From Pseudomonadota bacterium (lineage in GTDB: Bacteria > Bdellovibrionota > FAC87 > UBA2466): a DNA stretch of 64,000 nucleotides. The stretch is from the NCBI GenBank assembly GCA_009927165.1, contig RFNO01000053.1:16143-80142 (forward strand), in the 5' to 3' direction. The position numbers and the translations under genes were made by a program. Every line of letters starts with the position of its first letter. The stretch's first letter is position 1. The notes under the pieces were generated by a model that did no database searches, had not been told where the DNA came from, and saw only the letters and a list, made by a program, of their open reading frames with translations. This document shows positions 40,011 through 50,021 of the stretch, one piece after another.

Positions 40011-40055
40011 CTTGGGCACTTTATCTTTGGGGATAAAGTGCCCAAGCTTTTCTTC
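40011..40055 (+). terminator. Rho-independent terminator after flgE (15-bp perfect stem cttgggcactttatc / gataaagtgcccaag followed by cttttcttc)
   Basis: Perfect inverted repeat with a short loop and a downstream U-rich tract, 22 nt after the flgE stop. Confidence 0.75.
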
Positions 40056-40096
40056 GGGCTACTAGCATGTTAAAAATGACATCAGAAAGGAGACAA

Positions 40097-40468
40097 ATGA
40101 TGAAATATTATTTGTTAGTTTTAGGATTAGTTCTGAATAGTGCGGTTTTTGCTGCCACCCGAGAAATCGTGATGGAAACTCAGAAAGTAGATGATGCTGT
40201 CCACTGGAGGCCAGAGAAAGTAGAAGTAACACCTGGAGAGACGGTTAAATTTGTCGTGAAGCATGATCTTGAAGGTGGTTTTGACTTCCATGGGTTTTTT
40301 GTCCCTCAATTGAAAATCCAGAAGCAAGTAAACCGCCATAAAGCTGAGGAAGTAACGGTCAAGATTCCCAAACACATGAAAGAAGGGGAGTATCCCATGG
40401 GTTGTCACTTCCATCCAAAACATGTGGCAGCAACGTTGATCGTTAAGAGTAAAACTACTAAAAATTAA
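40097..40468 (+). CDS. Small secreted cupredoxin-like protein (putative copper-binding)
   Basis: RBS AGGAGA, then ATG. Signal peptide MMKYYLLVLGLVLNSAVFAAT. Beta-rich, with candidate ligands His (FDFHGF), Cys and His (MGCHFHPKH). Confidence 0.35.
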   Translation: MMKYYLLVLGLVLNSAVFAATREIVMETQKVDDAVHWRPEKVEVTPGETVKFVVKHDLEGGFDFHGFFVPQLKIQKQVNRHKAEEVTVKIPKHMKEGEYPMGCHFHPKHVAATLIVKSKTTKN

Positions 40469-41001
40469 GATAGAATACAGATGTCGGGGAGATTTCGGTA
40501 TTTCTCCCCGAAATCTAAACCGTAGCCCACCACAAACTTATCCTCAATTTCAGTGCCTAAATAGTCCAGTTTTACTTCAACTTCGCGACGGCTCGGCTTA
40601 GATAGGAGCGAACAGAGTTTCACTGACTTTGGGCTAAAAGCTTTCAAATGTTCGGTAAGAAATGCCAAGGTTCTTCCAGAATCTACAATTTCATCAATGA
40701 CCAAAATGTGGCGTCCCTCGGGAGAAGACTCCATATCTTTCAGAAATCTGACGGCACCGCTACTTCTGGTTCCTGAACCATAACTGGCTAACCGAACGAA
40801 ATCCAACTCCATGGGTACTTTTAATTCGCGAATCAAATCAGAACCAAAAATCATGGCACCTTTCAATGTAACTACTACCAAGAGACTTTCGTCCTGAGAC
40901 AGCAGTTTTTGATAGTCTTGGGATATTTGGTTACCCAATTTTTTTGTCATTTCAGAGATTTGAGCTTGGTTAATAAATGGAGCCAATTTCATAATAATCA
41001 T
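40465..41001 (-). CDS. hpt: Hypoxanthine-guanine phosphoribosyltransferase
   Basis: PRPP-binding motif ILVIDEIVDSGRTL; ~175 aa PRTase type I. Confidence 0.85.
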   Translation of the reverse strand: MIIMKLAPFINQAQISEMTKKLGNQISQDYQKLLSQDESLLVVVTLKGAMIFGSDLIRELKVPMELDFVRLASYGSGTRSSGAVRFLKDMESSPEGRHILVIDEIVDSGRTLAFLTEHLKAFSPKSVKLCSLLSKPSRREVEVKLDYLGTEIEDKFVVGYGLDFGEKYRNLPDICILS

Positions 41002-41462
41002 TCCTTTAGTTTCAAAAAAGCTGCTTTGATTGAGGATAAGTTTCCTATTCCTTTTTTGGCCAAAAAACTGAGCACGGGACTGCCGCCCAACGCCAAAACC
41101 CCCATATATCCTTTTCTAAAAAGAGTAATGGGGTGAGTGTGAATTTTTGCTGAAATACGATAATCCTTCGCTTGTTCAAGCATCAAGCCCAATACGGTCA
41201 CACCAATTTCTCCAATATCATCGGACTCAATGTCACTTAAAGCTTCGGTGGACTTGCTACCCAGAAAAAAAGTTAAATCCGGGGCCGAGGGAGAATTGCG
41301 GAGCAGAGATAATTTTCCCTGGTTTTTAATTAAAGAGAAAGTGTGATTGGTATCTGTTTGAATCCCAATTTCTATGTCTTCTCGAAGAGGGGCACCTGCT
41401 TTTTGACAAACAGACCTCTGAAAAAAAGAATCTAATTGAGTAAAAGCGCTTTGGTCATCCAT
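40998..41462 (-). CDS. Hypothetical protein (154 aa), upstream of and overlapping hpt
   Basis: ORF with a 4-nt overlap with hpt. No recognisable motif. Confidence 0.35.
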   Translation of the reverse strand: MDDQSAFTQLDSFFQRSVCQKAGAPLREDIEIGIQTDTNHTFSLIKNQGKLSLLRNSPSAPDLTFFLGSKSTEALSDIESDDIGEIGVTVLGLMLEQAKDYRISAKIHTHPITLFRKGYMGVLALGGSPVLSFLAKKGIGNLSSIKAAFLKLKE

Positions 41463-41516
41463 GGAACAGACTTATACCCGAAATTATTTAGTTCTGTCAC
41501 GAGAAGAGGCGTTTCT

Positions 41517-43169
41517 TTAATTTGGGTTCTGTTGTTGTATTAATTCTTGGTAGGTCTGGGCTGCTGGGGCTGCATTGCCAGCCTTTGTCCCAAATTCTTC
41601 CATGAGATGTTCAGGAACTTTATTGATTTCTAGAATGCTGGTCTCTCCAATAGCAATCTTCTTCTTTTGAATAGCTGCTTCATCAAATTTATAATTGGGA
41701 ACCGATTTTTGTACTTCCTTCATTTTTTCAATGGCCCGGTCAAGAGCTTGATTGTAAGCATTTAATTGTTCAGCATTGGTCATTTCTGTCAAAACATCAT
41801 TCCCTTCTTCATCTCCAACTGTTATTTGATTTTTAAATTCGGCATCATCATACTTCCAATTAGTTTGAAGATTGTTAAGGTCAACTCCTGTTTTATCCAT
41901 TACTTGAAGCTGGTTTCGCATATCCCGCGTCTTATCATCTTCTCGGTCGGGCCCATTTTCTTTGATGGTTTTTGCTTGTTGTGCATTGCCGTTTGATAAA
42001 TTGGAATTCTGCTCCTGAAATCGTGGATCAACAGCACTCCATTTTACCTGACTCATTTTTTGGCAGTCTTGAACCTGTTGTTGAAGCTGATTTTGATAAT
42101 CTTGTTTTTTGTTGGCATCGGACACTTTTGCAATTTCCGCGCTGACCGATTGTCCCCAGGCCTCACAAGTCGGTGTTTCTTCTGATAAGCTCGGAGCGAT
42201 AAACTCAATTTCACCATTTATTTCATAAGGTTTCTTTTCAACGGTTCTATTTATGCGACGTTGAGATAAATTTGCAAGAGTCGAGTCCCACAAGGCTCTG
42301 GTCGCTCGAGCGGCTGCTTCATAGTAGAATGTTAGGTTGCCCATTGCTTGAGGATCATCTTCAGAGCCTGGGCTTTTAGCAGCTTTGATAATAGTTTTAG
42401 AAGAAATATCTCCTACTTCCTCAATCGCTTGTTCTACATCGGGTCTGAGACTCGTGCGTTCTACTTTATCGGGTTCCTTTTGATTATTAGATGAATTGGA
42501 GGGATTCGAGTTCGCCGAATCCTTTTTTTCCGATGCTGTTGGGTTTTTAAAGACTTCTCTTGTTTCTACTTTAAAAACAGAGCGGTACTTTATTCCTTTT
42601 TCCTGGTCGGTTTTTTGTTGTTGTTTGGGATCCTCATCTTGTTTGGAATATTGCGTATGTTTCTCATAGGTAACTCTTTCTAGAAGAGAAGAACCCCCGC
42701 CTTCAGAAATGCCACCGTGAGCTGATATAAATCCATAAAGAGTTCGTGTCTGGGCCTTAGGATCCTTAGGATTATTTTTTTTAGCTTGTCCATCTGCCGT
42801 ATTATAAGAAAAATCGTGGAAAGTGAGGTCGCTCTCATAGGAAAGTCCATCGTCCAAGTTAAATCGTCGTTTAGAACCCTGAATTACTTTTCCTGAAGGA
42901 TCTTTGGCTTTTCCCATTACGTTTTTATCTTGGGTAAATTTAATAAAGCGGTCGATGTAAGCTTTTCGAGCTTTTTCAGCTAAGGCATCCACATCTTGAA
43001 TCTCGGAAGAGTCTTCGGCCAATACTAAAACAGGCAGTAAGGAGAGCCATAAGAGCCCTTTAAGCCATTGCTTACCTGGTGGTTGAAACCGTTTCACGAT
43101 AGACCCCTCTACGAAATAAAGTAGCAATTGAGATGCCGAAAAAAAGAGCGAAAAACTCAATGATTTCAT
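41517..43169 (-). CDS. Large secreted low-complexity (Gln/Asn/Lys/Asp-rich) hypothetical protein
   Basis: N-terminal hydrophobic signal-like segment(s). 550 aa with polar low-complexity stretches. No catalytic motif recognised. Confidence 0.4.
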   Translation of the reverse strand: MKSLSFSLFFSASQLLLYFVEGSIVKRFQPPGKQWLKGLLWLSLLPVLVLAEDSSEIQDVDALAEKARKAYIDRFIKFTQDKNVMGKAKDPSGKVIQGSKRRFNLDDGLSYESDLTFHDFSYNTADGQAKKNNPKDPKAQTRTLYGFISAHGGISEGGGSSLLERVTYEKHTQYSKQDEDPKQQQKTDQEKGIKYRSVFKVETREVFKNPTASEKKDSANSNPSNSSNNQKEPDKVERTSLRPDVEQAIEEVGDISSKTIIKAAKSPGSEDDPQAMGNLTFYYEAAARATRALWDSTLANLSQRRINRTVEKKPYEINGEIEFIAPSLSEETPTCEAWGQSVSAEIAKVSDANKKQDYQNQLQQQVQDCQKMSQVKWSAVDPRFQEQNSNLSNGNAQQAKTIKENGPDREDDKTRDMRNQLQVMDKTGVDLNNLQTNWKYDDAEFKNQITVGDEEGNDVLTEMTNAEQLNAYNQALDRAIEKMKEVQKSVPNYKFDEAAIQKKKIAIGETSILEINKVPEHLMEEFGTKAGNAAPAAQTYQELIQQQNPN

Positions 43170-43241
43170 CAGACAAGAAGTGTCACTGTGTGGATGAATT
43201 GGTGTCTACTGGATGTCTACGGTCAAGTGTCTAAAAGTCAG

Positions 43242-44477
43242 TCACTTTTGCTCTTCAAGTTGCACGATCCGGCCCAGACTTTCAAAATCAAGCGGGACAG
43301 TAATCAAACGACCGTTAATGTAAATAGCAGGGGTGCCCTTTAAATCGAGGGTAAGCCCAAGATCAATGTCCTTTTTAATTTTTTCTAGAGATGTGGGGTT
43401 ATTTAAGCACTGGTCGATATCGGATTCGCTGAAAATGGGGGCCAATTTCTTCTTAAGATTGTCAAAACCACCGGAAAAATCATTTTCCTCAAAATCAGAG
43501 AAAACTGTGTCGTGATACTTGGCGAACTTGCCTTTCTGTTGGGCACAATTTCCCAAGCGAGCCAAAGTGCAAGCATGGGCATGCAAACTATGAGGGACTG
43601 CAGGGTTGCAAGCCGAGTCTAAAGGGAAGTTTTTAAAAACTAAAAGAACTTTATTATTAAAAGAAGGAAGAAGTGTATGAAAAGTAAAAGCAGCAGTTCT
43701 ACAAAAAGGGCATTGAAAATCACTGAAGACAACAATTTTTACTTGAGCATTTGGGTTCCCGAAAACACCATCCTCTTTCTCAATAGGAATGTCGTATTGG
43801 GGAAGGGTTTTCCAATTAGATAAAAATTCCGAGACCGACGCATCTTTTTGTTTTTGTTGATCCGACTCTGGAGTAGTCCAATGCGGAATAAGAGTAAGAC
43901 AACCTGCAAAAACGACCACGCTTGTCAAAAATACCGTCAAACGTATAGCGGATAGGCCCTTGATTGACCACGGCTGATTCCCCCAAAAAAGATTTTGGAT
44001 TGAATTAGTTTTAAACTCTAATTGATTCCGTTTGTAATTTAACCAAAGGTGGCCCAGGTTAGCCACATACGTCAAACAACACAGCAAGCACAAGCTTCTC
44101 AAGGAAATAAGCTGTATCCCTACCAGTAAAACCAAATCTATTCCCAAAGCAACTGTAGTGAACCAAGCCATTAGGCGGTTACTAAGATAAAAATGATTAC
44201 TTTTTGGGGGACTCAAAAGCCCCCCAATAAACAGTGTGAAGAAATACATCGCTCCAATCGATGCTAAAGGAACCCCGGCAACTTCCGAGAAACGAGAAAC
44301 GTTTACGATGTCGCAATCAGCAAGGCGTCCAAAAGAACAAAAGGAAGAGGTGTCTTGGATTCCATTTTTTACTCGGGTATGATGCACAAGTAAGTAAATA
44401 CTCAAAAGCATGCCAATAAAGGCAGAACCGAGTTGAAAAAAATAAAGCTTACGAATCTGAGCATCTAGCTGTTTCAC
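43242..44477 (-). CDS. Vitamin K epoxide reductase (VKOR) domain fused to a thioredoxin/DsbA-like domain (disulfide-bond formation)
   Basis: VKOR loop Cys pair (CSFGRLADC) and TM CLLC active site. C-terminal thioredoxin-like domain with CPFC. Confidence 0.7.
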   Translation of the reverse strand: MKQLDAQIRKLYFFQLGSAFIGMLLSIYLLVHHTRVKNGIQDTSSFCSFGRLADCDIVNVSRFSEVAGVPLASIGAMYFFTLFIGGLLSPPKSNHFYLSNRLMAWFTTVALGIDLVLLVGIQLISLRSLCLLCCLTYVANLGHLWLNYKRNQLEFKTNSIQNLFWGNQPWSIKGLSAIRLTVFLTSVVVFAGCLTLIPHWTTPESDQQKQKDASVSEFLSNWKTLPQYDIPIEKEDGVFGNPNAQVKIVVFSDFQCPFCRTAAFTFHTLLPSFNNKVLLVFKNFPLDSACNPAVPHSLHAHACTLARLGNCAQQKGKFAKYHDTVFSDFEENDFSGGFDNLKKKLAPIFSESDIDQCLNNPTSLEKIKKDIDLGLTLDLKGTPAIYINGRLITVPLDFESLGRIVQLEEQK

Positions 44478-44519
44478 GGCTCAAATTATCCTTGAAACGG
44501 GGAAAGCAGGCAAACTGAA

Positions 44520-45566
44520 TTGAGTAATCATAAAAAAACTAACGAACCCACAAATCGCGAGTGGCAAGACTTAGAAAAGCAAATTCACGCTCTTTCTTCA
44601 GACCATAGTCCAGCTCGAAGGAAAATAATTGCCGATATTTTTCGTTCAGCCGTAAAATTAACGCAAAGTAGTCCAGGGACCTTAAATTTAAAAATATCAT
44701 CTTCAGTTCTTAAAGAACTCAGGCATTCTTTTGATAAGTTTGCTCCCTATAAGCATATTCCAAAAATCACTATTTTTGGCTCGGCACGTGTTCCTTCAGA
44801 TAAACCTCTTTATCGACTGGCCAAAGACTTTGCATCGGAAGCGGTGAAAAGAAATTACATGATCATCACTGGGGGCGGTCCCGGTATCATGGCAGCTGGG
44901 AACGAAGGTGCTGAAAAATATGGTTTCGGGCTTAACATTAGACTTCCCGTGGAGCAGTCCGCTAATCAGTTTATCGACGCAGAGAAGTTGCTGATTAACT
45001 ATAAGTACTTTTTCACTCGGAAGCTTTTCCTAGTAAAAGAAGCTGCTGCTTTTGCATTTTTTCCAGGTGGATTTGGAACCTTCGATGAGGCTTTTGAAGT
45101 GCTCACTCTGTTGCAAACTGGAAAAACCAATATGATCCCCGTGGTATTTATTGAACCCAAAGGGTTCGGTTTTTGGGGACCCTTAGTAAAGTTTATGGAA
45201 GGGGTTATGTTGAAAAAGGGGTTCATTTCAAAAAGTGACAAGGCGTTATACCAAGTCTTCAATAATGTGGAAGATGCATTAGACTACGTCGCTCATTTTT
45301 ATCGCAATTATCATTCGATGAGATTTGTAGGGGATCACTTATCAATTCGTATAAAGAAAGAGTTAACTGTTAAGCATTTGAAAGAAGCCAATCGTCTTTT
45401 CCCGACTCTGACGCACCTCGGTAAGATTCAGGCCGGTACAGCTTTACCTGAGGAAGAGAATGAACCCGAGCTAAAAGACCTTCCTCGGTTATTAGTTCCT
45501 TTTGATCGAAAAGATTTTGGCAGTCTTCGTTCTTTGATCGATTTTATTAACGACTGCAAGGTATGA
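44520..45566 (+). CDS. LOG-family protein (TIGR00730-type; putative nucleotide 5'-monophosphate nucleosidase) with C-terminal extension
   Basis: ITIFGSARV...IITGGGPGIMAAGNEGA and PGGFGTFDE motifs. Confidence 0.7.
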   Translation: MSNHKKTNEPTNREWQDLEKQIHALSSDHSPARRKIIADIFRSAVKLTQSSPGTLNLKISSSVLKELRHSFDKFAPYKHIPKITIFGSARVPSDKPLYRLAKDFASEAVKRNYMIITGGGPGIMAAGNEGAEKYGFGLNIRLPVEQSANQFIDAEKLLINYKYFFTRKLFLVKEAAAFAFFPGGFGTFDEAFEVLTLLQTGKTNMIPVVFIEPKGFGFWGPLVKFMEGVMLKKGFISKSDKALYQVFNNVEDALDYVAHFYRNYHSMRFVGDHLSIRIKKELTVKHLKEANRLFPTLTHLGKIQAGTALPEEENEPELKDLPRLLVPFDRKDFGSLRSLIDFINDCKV

Positions 45567-45571
45567 ACTGA

Positions 45572-46579
45572 ATGAACAAGCTTCGTTGTTTTTTCTTTTC
45601 TGATTTGCTTCCAGAGGAACGAGCCTGTGTGGAATCATGCCTGGATGAGTTGAGTAAAACGGTTTCTATTGAGCGCATTCGGGTCACAAATTACCATCGC
45701 TGGTTTTTTCAGTCCCAATCAAATTCGGGTCCCAGTTGGATTGTGTCTCATGATTGGCAAAGTGCGCTTGATTTTCTCCAAATTAAAAAGGCAAAGAGCC
45801 CGATCTTTGTATCTGTTTTTTCTTCGGCAACAAAAAAAAGCACCCCATTAGAAACGTGGCTAAAGTCTTTCCAAAGTCCGCTATCATCCGGAGTAAAATT
45901 ACTTTCCCATAGTCCCTTGAGTTATAAGTTTTTTCGCGAATTGGCAGGAATCCCAGAAGTCCAAATGAAGCAGATTCCGCTGCCATTTCCCCCATTGGTG
46001 CGACGAAAAGACAGTAAGCACTTTACTGTGGGAACTTATGGAGCTTTTCGCTCAGAAAACAACCTACATTTTATTGCGACATTAGCTCATTATTTGGCGA
46101 AAAAAGATCCCCAATGTTTCTTTCGAGTTTTGGGTTCTGGGCCTCTCTATTCGCATTTGAATCAGTTAGTCAGCTCCTTGGGGATTTCCCAACAGTTTAT
46201 CGTGTCAGAAACAACGGATATTGAAGATGTCTGTGAGCTTGACGTGTTTTTGTATGTCCCTCATCGAAACGATCATTTTGCTCCCCTTCTTTTGGCGGGG
46301 GCAACGGGAGCAGTGCCGGTCTGTTTAGAGACCCCTGGCATTCAAGATTATGTGAAAGACAGTTACAGTGGTTTTATTGTCGCAGAAGATGATACAAAAA
46401 CGATGTCTGAACTCATTTTGACTCTCAAGCAAAATCCCCTGCTTCGAAATGAAATGGTCCGGCGTTTTTCGGACCATATTCAAAGTCGGTTTTGTAGTGA
46501 AAAACTCGCTCCTGACTATGCAAAAATTTTTGGAGTAGCATCTCATCAAACCAAAAACTACGTGCGGCGGGAACTATGA
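45572..46579 (+). CDS. Glycosyltransferase family 4-like protein (conserved C-terminal GT-B domain; degenerate N-domain)
   Basis: C-terminal pattern APLLLAGATGAVPVCLETPGIQDYV...GFIV typical of GT4. Not MurG-like at the N-terminus. Confidence 0.4.
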   Translation: MNKLRCFFFSDLLPEERACVESCLDELSKTVSIERIRVTNYHRWFFQSQSNSGPSWIVSHDWQSALDFLQIKKAKSPIFVSVFSSATKKSTPLETWLKSFQSPLSSGVKLLSHSPLSYKFFRELAGIPEVQMKQIPLPFPPLVRRKDSKHFTVGTYGAFRSENNLHFIATLAHYLAKKDPQCFFRVLGSGPLYSHLNQLVSSLGISQQFIVSETTDIEDVCELDVFLYVPHRNDHFAPLLLAGATGAVPVCLETPGIQDYVKDSYSGFIVAEDDTKTMSELILTLKQNPLLRNEMVRRFSDHIQSRFCSEKLAPDYAKIFGVASHQTKNYVRREL

Positions 46580-47355
46580 ATCAATCAAAAGCGGAAACAA
46601 TACAAGTTAGTGCAGGACTTCGTGGAATTCATCTCATTTCCTTTGTGTTGGGGCTGCTGATAGTGGGAATTTCACTTTACTGGGCAAGCGACCGAGAACG
46701 AGTAAAAAATCTCATAACCAGTCTCCAGTTTTTTAAAATAGAAACGATTGATATTAAGACGGAGTGGCCTTTAGAGAGCTCTAAAGTTGAGTCATGGGTG
46801 GGCTCACTGAAAGGAGAAAACATTCTTCTTTTAGATGCTAACCAACTCATTCAAACTATCAAAACCCATTCCTGGGTTGAGACTGTAGCAATCAACAAAG
46901 GTTATCCCAATCGAATCCAAATTGTTTTAACCACGAAAAAACCCCAAGCGATCATTTTAAATAAGGGGCAATCATGGTTTGTTGATCCCAATGGAGTTTT
47001 AATTGAAAAAGTATCAGGGCCTTTAATGAAGGGTCTTGAGTTGCCCTTTTTATCTTTCGATAACACTTCTCAAAATTGGAATGTGTCAGAGTTTTTAAAA
47101 GAATTTGAAAAAGTAAAAAATCAGGCAGGAGATAAATTCACTGTTGCCCAGATTGTCCTTGGAAAATTCCCTTATTTCAAAACATACTTGTCCCAACCCA
47201 AAATTGAAGTACTGTGGAGTTTTGAAAATTGGCAATCTCAAGTCGAACATCTCATTCAACTCATTCTTAACCCGCCGAGTCAAATTGGCCAACTTCGGAG
47301 AATCAATTTAGTTTTTCCCAAAAAAGCTGTTGTCAGTTCAATGATTTCCCACTAA
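46576..47355 (+). CDS. ftsQ: Cell division protein FtsQ (TM plus POTRA)
   Basis: N-terminal TM helix, POTRA-like region, and position immediately upstream of ftsA-ftsZ. Confidence 0.6.
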   Translation: MNQSKAETIQVSAGLRGIHLISFVLGLLIVGISLYWASDRERVKNLITSLQFFKIETIDIKTEWPLESSKVESWVGSLKGENILLLDANQLIQTIKTHSWVETVAINKGYPNRIQIVLTTKKPQAIILNKGQSWFVDPNGVLIEKVSGPLMKGLELPFLSFDNTSQNWNVSEFLKEFEKVKNQAGDKFTVAQIVLGKFPYFKTYLSQPKIEVLWSFENWQSQVEHLIQLILNPPSQIGQLRRINLVFPKKAVVSSMISH

Positions 47356-47511
47356 AGTTGGGGTTAGAACTCTAGTAACTTAATCTCCTTTCTTACGGGT
47401 TACTTGCGGCAGCGCACTGCACTCTAGTTACCAGAGACCTCTCAATACTGAAGTACGATTTTAAACCGCTGTAGTTTTCCTTGAGACTTTTCCCGAAGGG
47501 AAAAATCAAGG

Positions 47512-48771
47512 GTGGAGAAGTCAACCATGTCGGGCTTCATGAAGGCTCCAAAGCAAGCGGAACCTATTGTTGGAATTGATTTTGGAACAACCAAAATCTG
47601 TGTCGTTATTGCTAAACCAACTCCCGAAGGATTAGAAATCATCGGAGTGGGTAAGCAGCCCTCTCACGGAATTCGTAAAGGCGTGGTTGTGAATATCCCT
47701 GCCACTGTTGAAGCACTCAAAAAGGCAGTTGAGATTGCAGAGTTGATGGCTGGTTGCAGCTTCCGTTCGGCCGTTTGTGGAATCGCGGGAACCCATATTA
47801 AAGGTTTTAATAGCAGTGGAGTCGTGGCAATTCGTAACAAAGAAGTCACTGTTACTGATGTTGAGCGGGCTGTGGATGCTGCCCGTGCAGTGGCGATTCC
47901 TTTGGACCGCGAAGTCATCCATGTTATTCCACAAGAGTTTACTGTAGATGACCAAGAGGGAGTTCATGATCCCATTGGCATGAACGGCGTGCGTCTCGAA
48001 TCCAAAGTTCATATCGTTACTGGAGCTGTTTCTTCCGCACAAAATATTATCAAGTGTGCCAATCTTGCAGGAATTCAAGTATCTGACATCGTTTTGGAAC
48101 CTTTAGCTTCTGCCGAAGCTTGCTTAACTCTCGATGAAAAAGAATTGGGCGTTGTTTTGGTTGATATTGGAGGCGGAACAACGGACGTGGCTCTCTTTTC
48201 CAAGGGCGCTGTAGTGCATTCTGGGGTTGTTTCCATGGGGGGAAGTCACATCACCAATGACGTTGCCGTGGGACTCCGGTGCTCGATTCAGGATGCTGAA
48301 AACATAAAAATTCACTCGGGCTGCGCCATGAGCTCCCTCTTACCTTCTGACGAGGTTATCGAAGTTCCTTTGTTGGGCGGGAGAAAATCCAGAGAAGTTT
48401 CTCGTTCTGTTTTAACTAAAATTATTGAGCCTAGAGTAGAGGAGATTCTTACGCTCGTTGGGCAAGAAATTGCGAATAGCGGATATAAACACCTCATGTC
48501 TGCGGGGGTAGTGCTAACTGGCGGACCGTCCCTAATGGAGGGAATGCCGGAACTTGCGGAATTTACTTTTGAGTTGCCTGTCCGACGTGGATCCCCTCAA
48601 GGGATTGGGGGATTGGTGGATGTCGTCAGCTCACCTATGTATTCAACTGCAGTAGGATTGTTGACCTACGGCATGAAAAATCAAAGTGGAATTCAGTTTC
48701 GCCAAACCGAAAGCACCGTTTACGACAAAGTCGTGAATCGTATGAAATCTTGGTTAGGGGAAGTTTTTTAA
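47512..48771 (+). CDS. ftsA: Cell division protein FtsA (likely true start at ATG ~47527)
   Basis: Actin-fold motifs IVGIDFGTTKICVVIA, DIGGGTTDVALF. Confidence 0.9.
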   Translation: MEKSTMSGFMKAPKQAEPIVGIDFGTTKICVVIAKPTPEGLEIIGVGKQPSHGIRKGVVVNIPATVEALKKAVEIAELMAGCSFRSAVCGIAGTHIKGFNSSGVVAIRNKEVTVTDVERAVDAARAVAIPLDREVIHVIPQEFTVDDQEGVHDPIGMNGVRLESKVHIVTGAVSSAQNIIKCANLAGIQVSDIVLEPLASAEACLTLDEKELGVVLVDIGGGTTDVALFSKGAVVHSGVVSMGGSHITNDVAVGLRCSIQDAENIKIHSGCAMSSLLPSDEVIEVPLLGGRKSREVSRSVLTKIIEPRVEEILTLVGQEIANSGYKHLMSAGVVLTGGPSLMEGMPELAEFTFELPVRRGSPQGIGGLVDVVSSPMYSTAVGLLTYGMKNQSGIQFRQTESTVYDKVVNRMKSWLGEVF

Positions 48772-48803
48772 TTTATTGATCACAGAAACCCAGGGGAGGG
48801 CTT

Positions 48804-50000
48804 ATGTTCGAAATCGTAGAAAAACAATCACCGCTCGGCGCAAAAATTAAAGTTGTAGGGGTCGGGGGTGGTGGAACCAATGCTATCGCTACGATGATCA
48901 ACTTGGGGCTTAATGGCGTCGATTTCATGGCAGCCAATACCGATAATCAGGCTCTCGCTCATAACCCAGCACCAGTGCATATTCAGTTGGGAAATGAACT
49001 CACCAAAGGACTTGGTGCAGGAGCGAACCCAGAAGTCGGAAAAAAAGCAGCTATGGAAGACTGTTCCAAAATTGCTGAAATGCTCTATGGAGCCGACATG
49101 GTTTTTATTGCTGCTGGAATGGGAGGCGGCACGGGAACCGGAGCCGCACCTGTGATTGCAAACATTGCAAAAGAAGCCGGAGCTCTCACTGTCGGTGTTG
49201 TCACCAAGCCTTTTAATTTCGAAGGTAAAAAGCGCAAAAAGAATGCTGAATTAGGCATTGAGGAACTGAAGAACTCAGTGGACACCCTGATTTGCATTCC
49301 TAATCAACGGTTACTGTATATTGCCAATGAGACAACAACGATGCTGGACTGCTTTAAAAAAGCAGATGAAGTGTTGTATCAAGCAGTAAAAGGTATTTCA
49401 GATCTCATCAACATTCGTGGTTTAGTTAACCTGGACTTTGCGGACGTACGAACTGTGATGTCCAATAAAGGCTTGGCCCTCATGGGAACTGGACATGCAT
49501 CTGGGGAAAATCGAGCCATCGAAGCTGCTAGAAAGGCAATTTCTTCACCCCTCCTGGAAGATGTAGCGATTAACGGAGCAACAGGAATCATTATTAATAT
49601 CACGGGTGGCCCCGATCTGACTCTCTTTGAAGTAAACGAAGCTTCCTCTCTGATCACAGAAGAAGCCCATGAAGATGCCGAAATCATCTTCGGGTCAGTG
49701 ATAGATGAATCGTTAAAAGATGAAGTTCGAGTGACTGTGATTGCAACAGGTTTTAATCCACCAGCAAAACAAGAAGTTCATATTCCGGAAAAAATAAGCC
49801 AAGAAGTAACACAGCCTGCAACTGTTCAAGTAAGTGCAGGACCTACTTCTAACAATATCGTTCCTCCTCCGGTGCAAAAGCAGGAAACGACAACGCCTTC
49901 CTTGAGCTCAGCTCAGCAACTAGCTCGTGAAATTGGAAAGCGTTATTTTCAAGCAGAGGAATACGACATTCCTACTTTTCTAAGACGGCAGCACGATTAA
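48804..50000 (+). CDS. ftsZ: Cell division GTPase FtsZ
   Basis: [10 protein letters not shown] and tubulin signature [14 protein letters not shown]-terminal conserved peptide DIPTFLRRQ. Confidence 0.95.
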   Translation: MFEIVEKQSPLGAKIKVVGVGGGGTNAIATMINLGLNGVDFMAANTDNQALAHNPAPVHIQLGNELTKGLGAGANPEVGKKAAMEDCSKIAEMLYGADMVFIAAGMGGGTGTGAAPVIANIAKEAGALTVGVVTKPFNFEGKKRKKNAELGIEELKNSVDTLICIPNQRLLYIANETTTMLDCFKKADEVLYQAVKGISDLINIRGLVNLDFADVRTVMSNKGLALMGTGHASGENRAIEAARKAISSPLLEDVAINGATGIIINITGGPDLTLFEVNEASSLITEEAHEDAEIIFGSVIDESLKDEVRVTVIATGFNPPAKQEVHIPEKISQEVTQPATVQVSAGPTSNNIVPPPVQKQETTTPSLSSAQQLAREIGKRYFQAEEYDIPTFLRRQHD

Positions 50001-50021
50001 ACGTTGTCGTTGAGTGATAGT

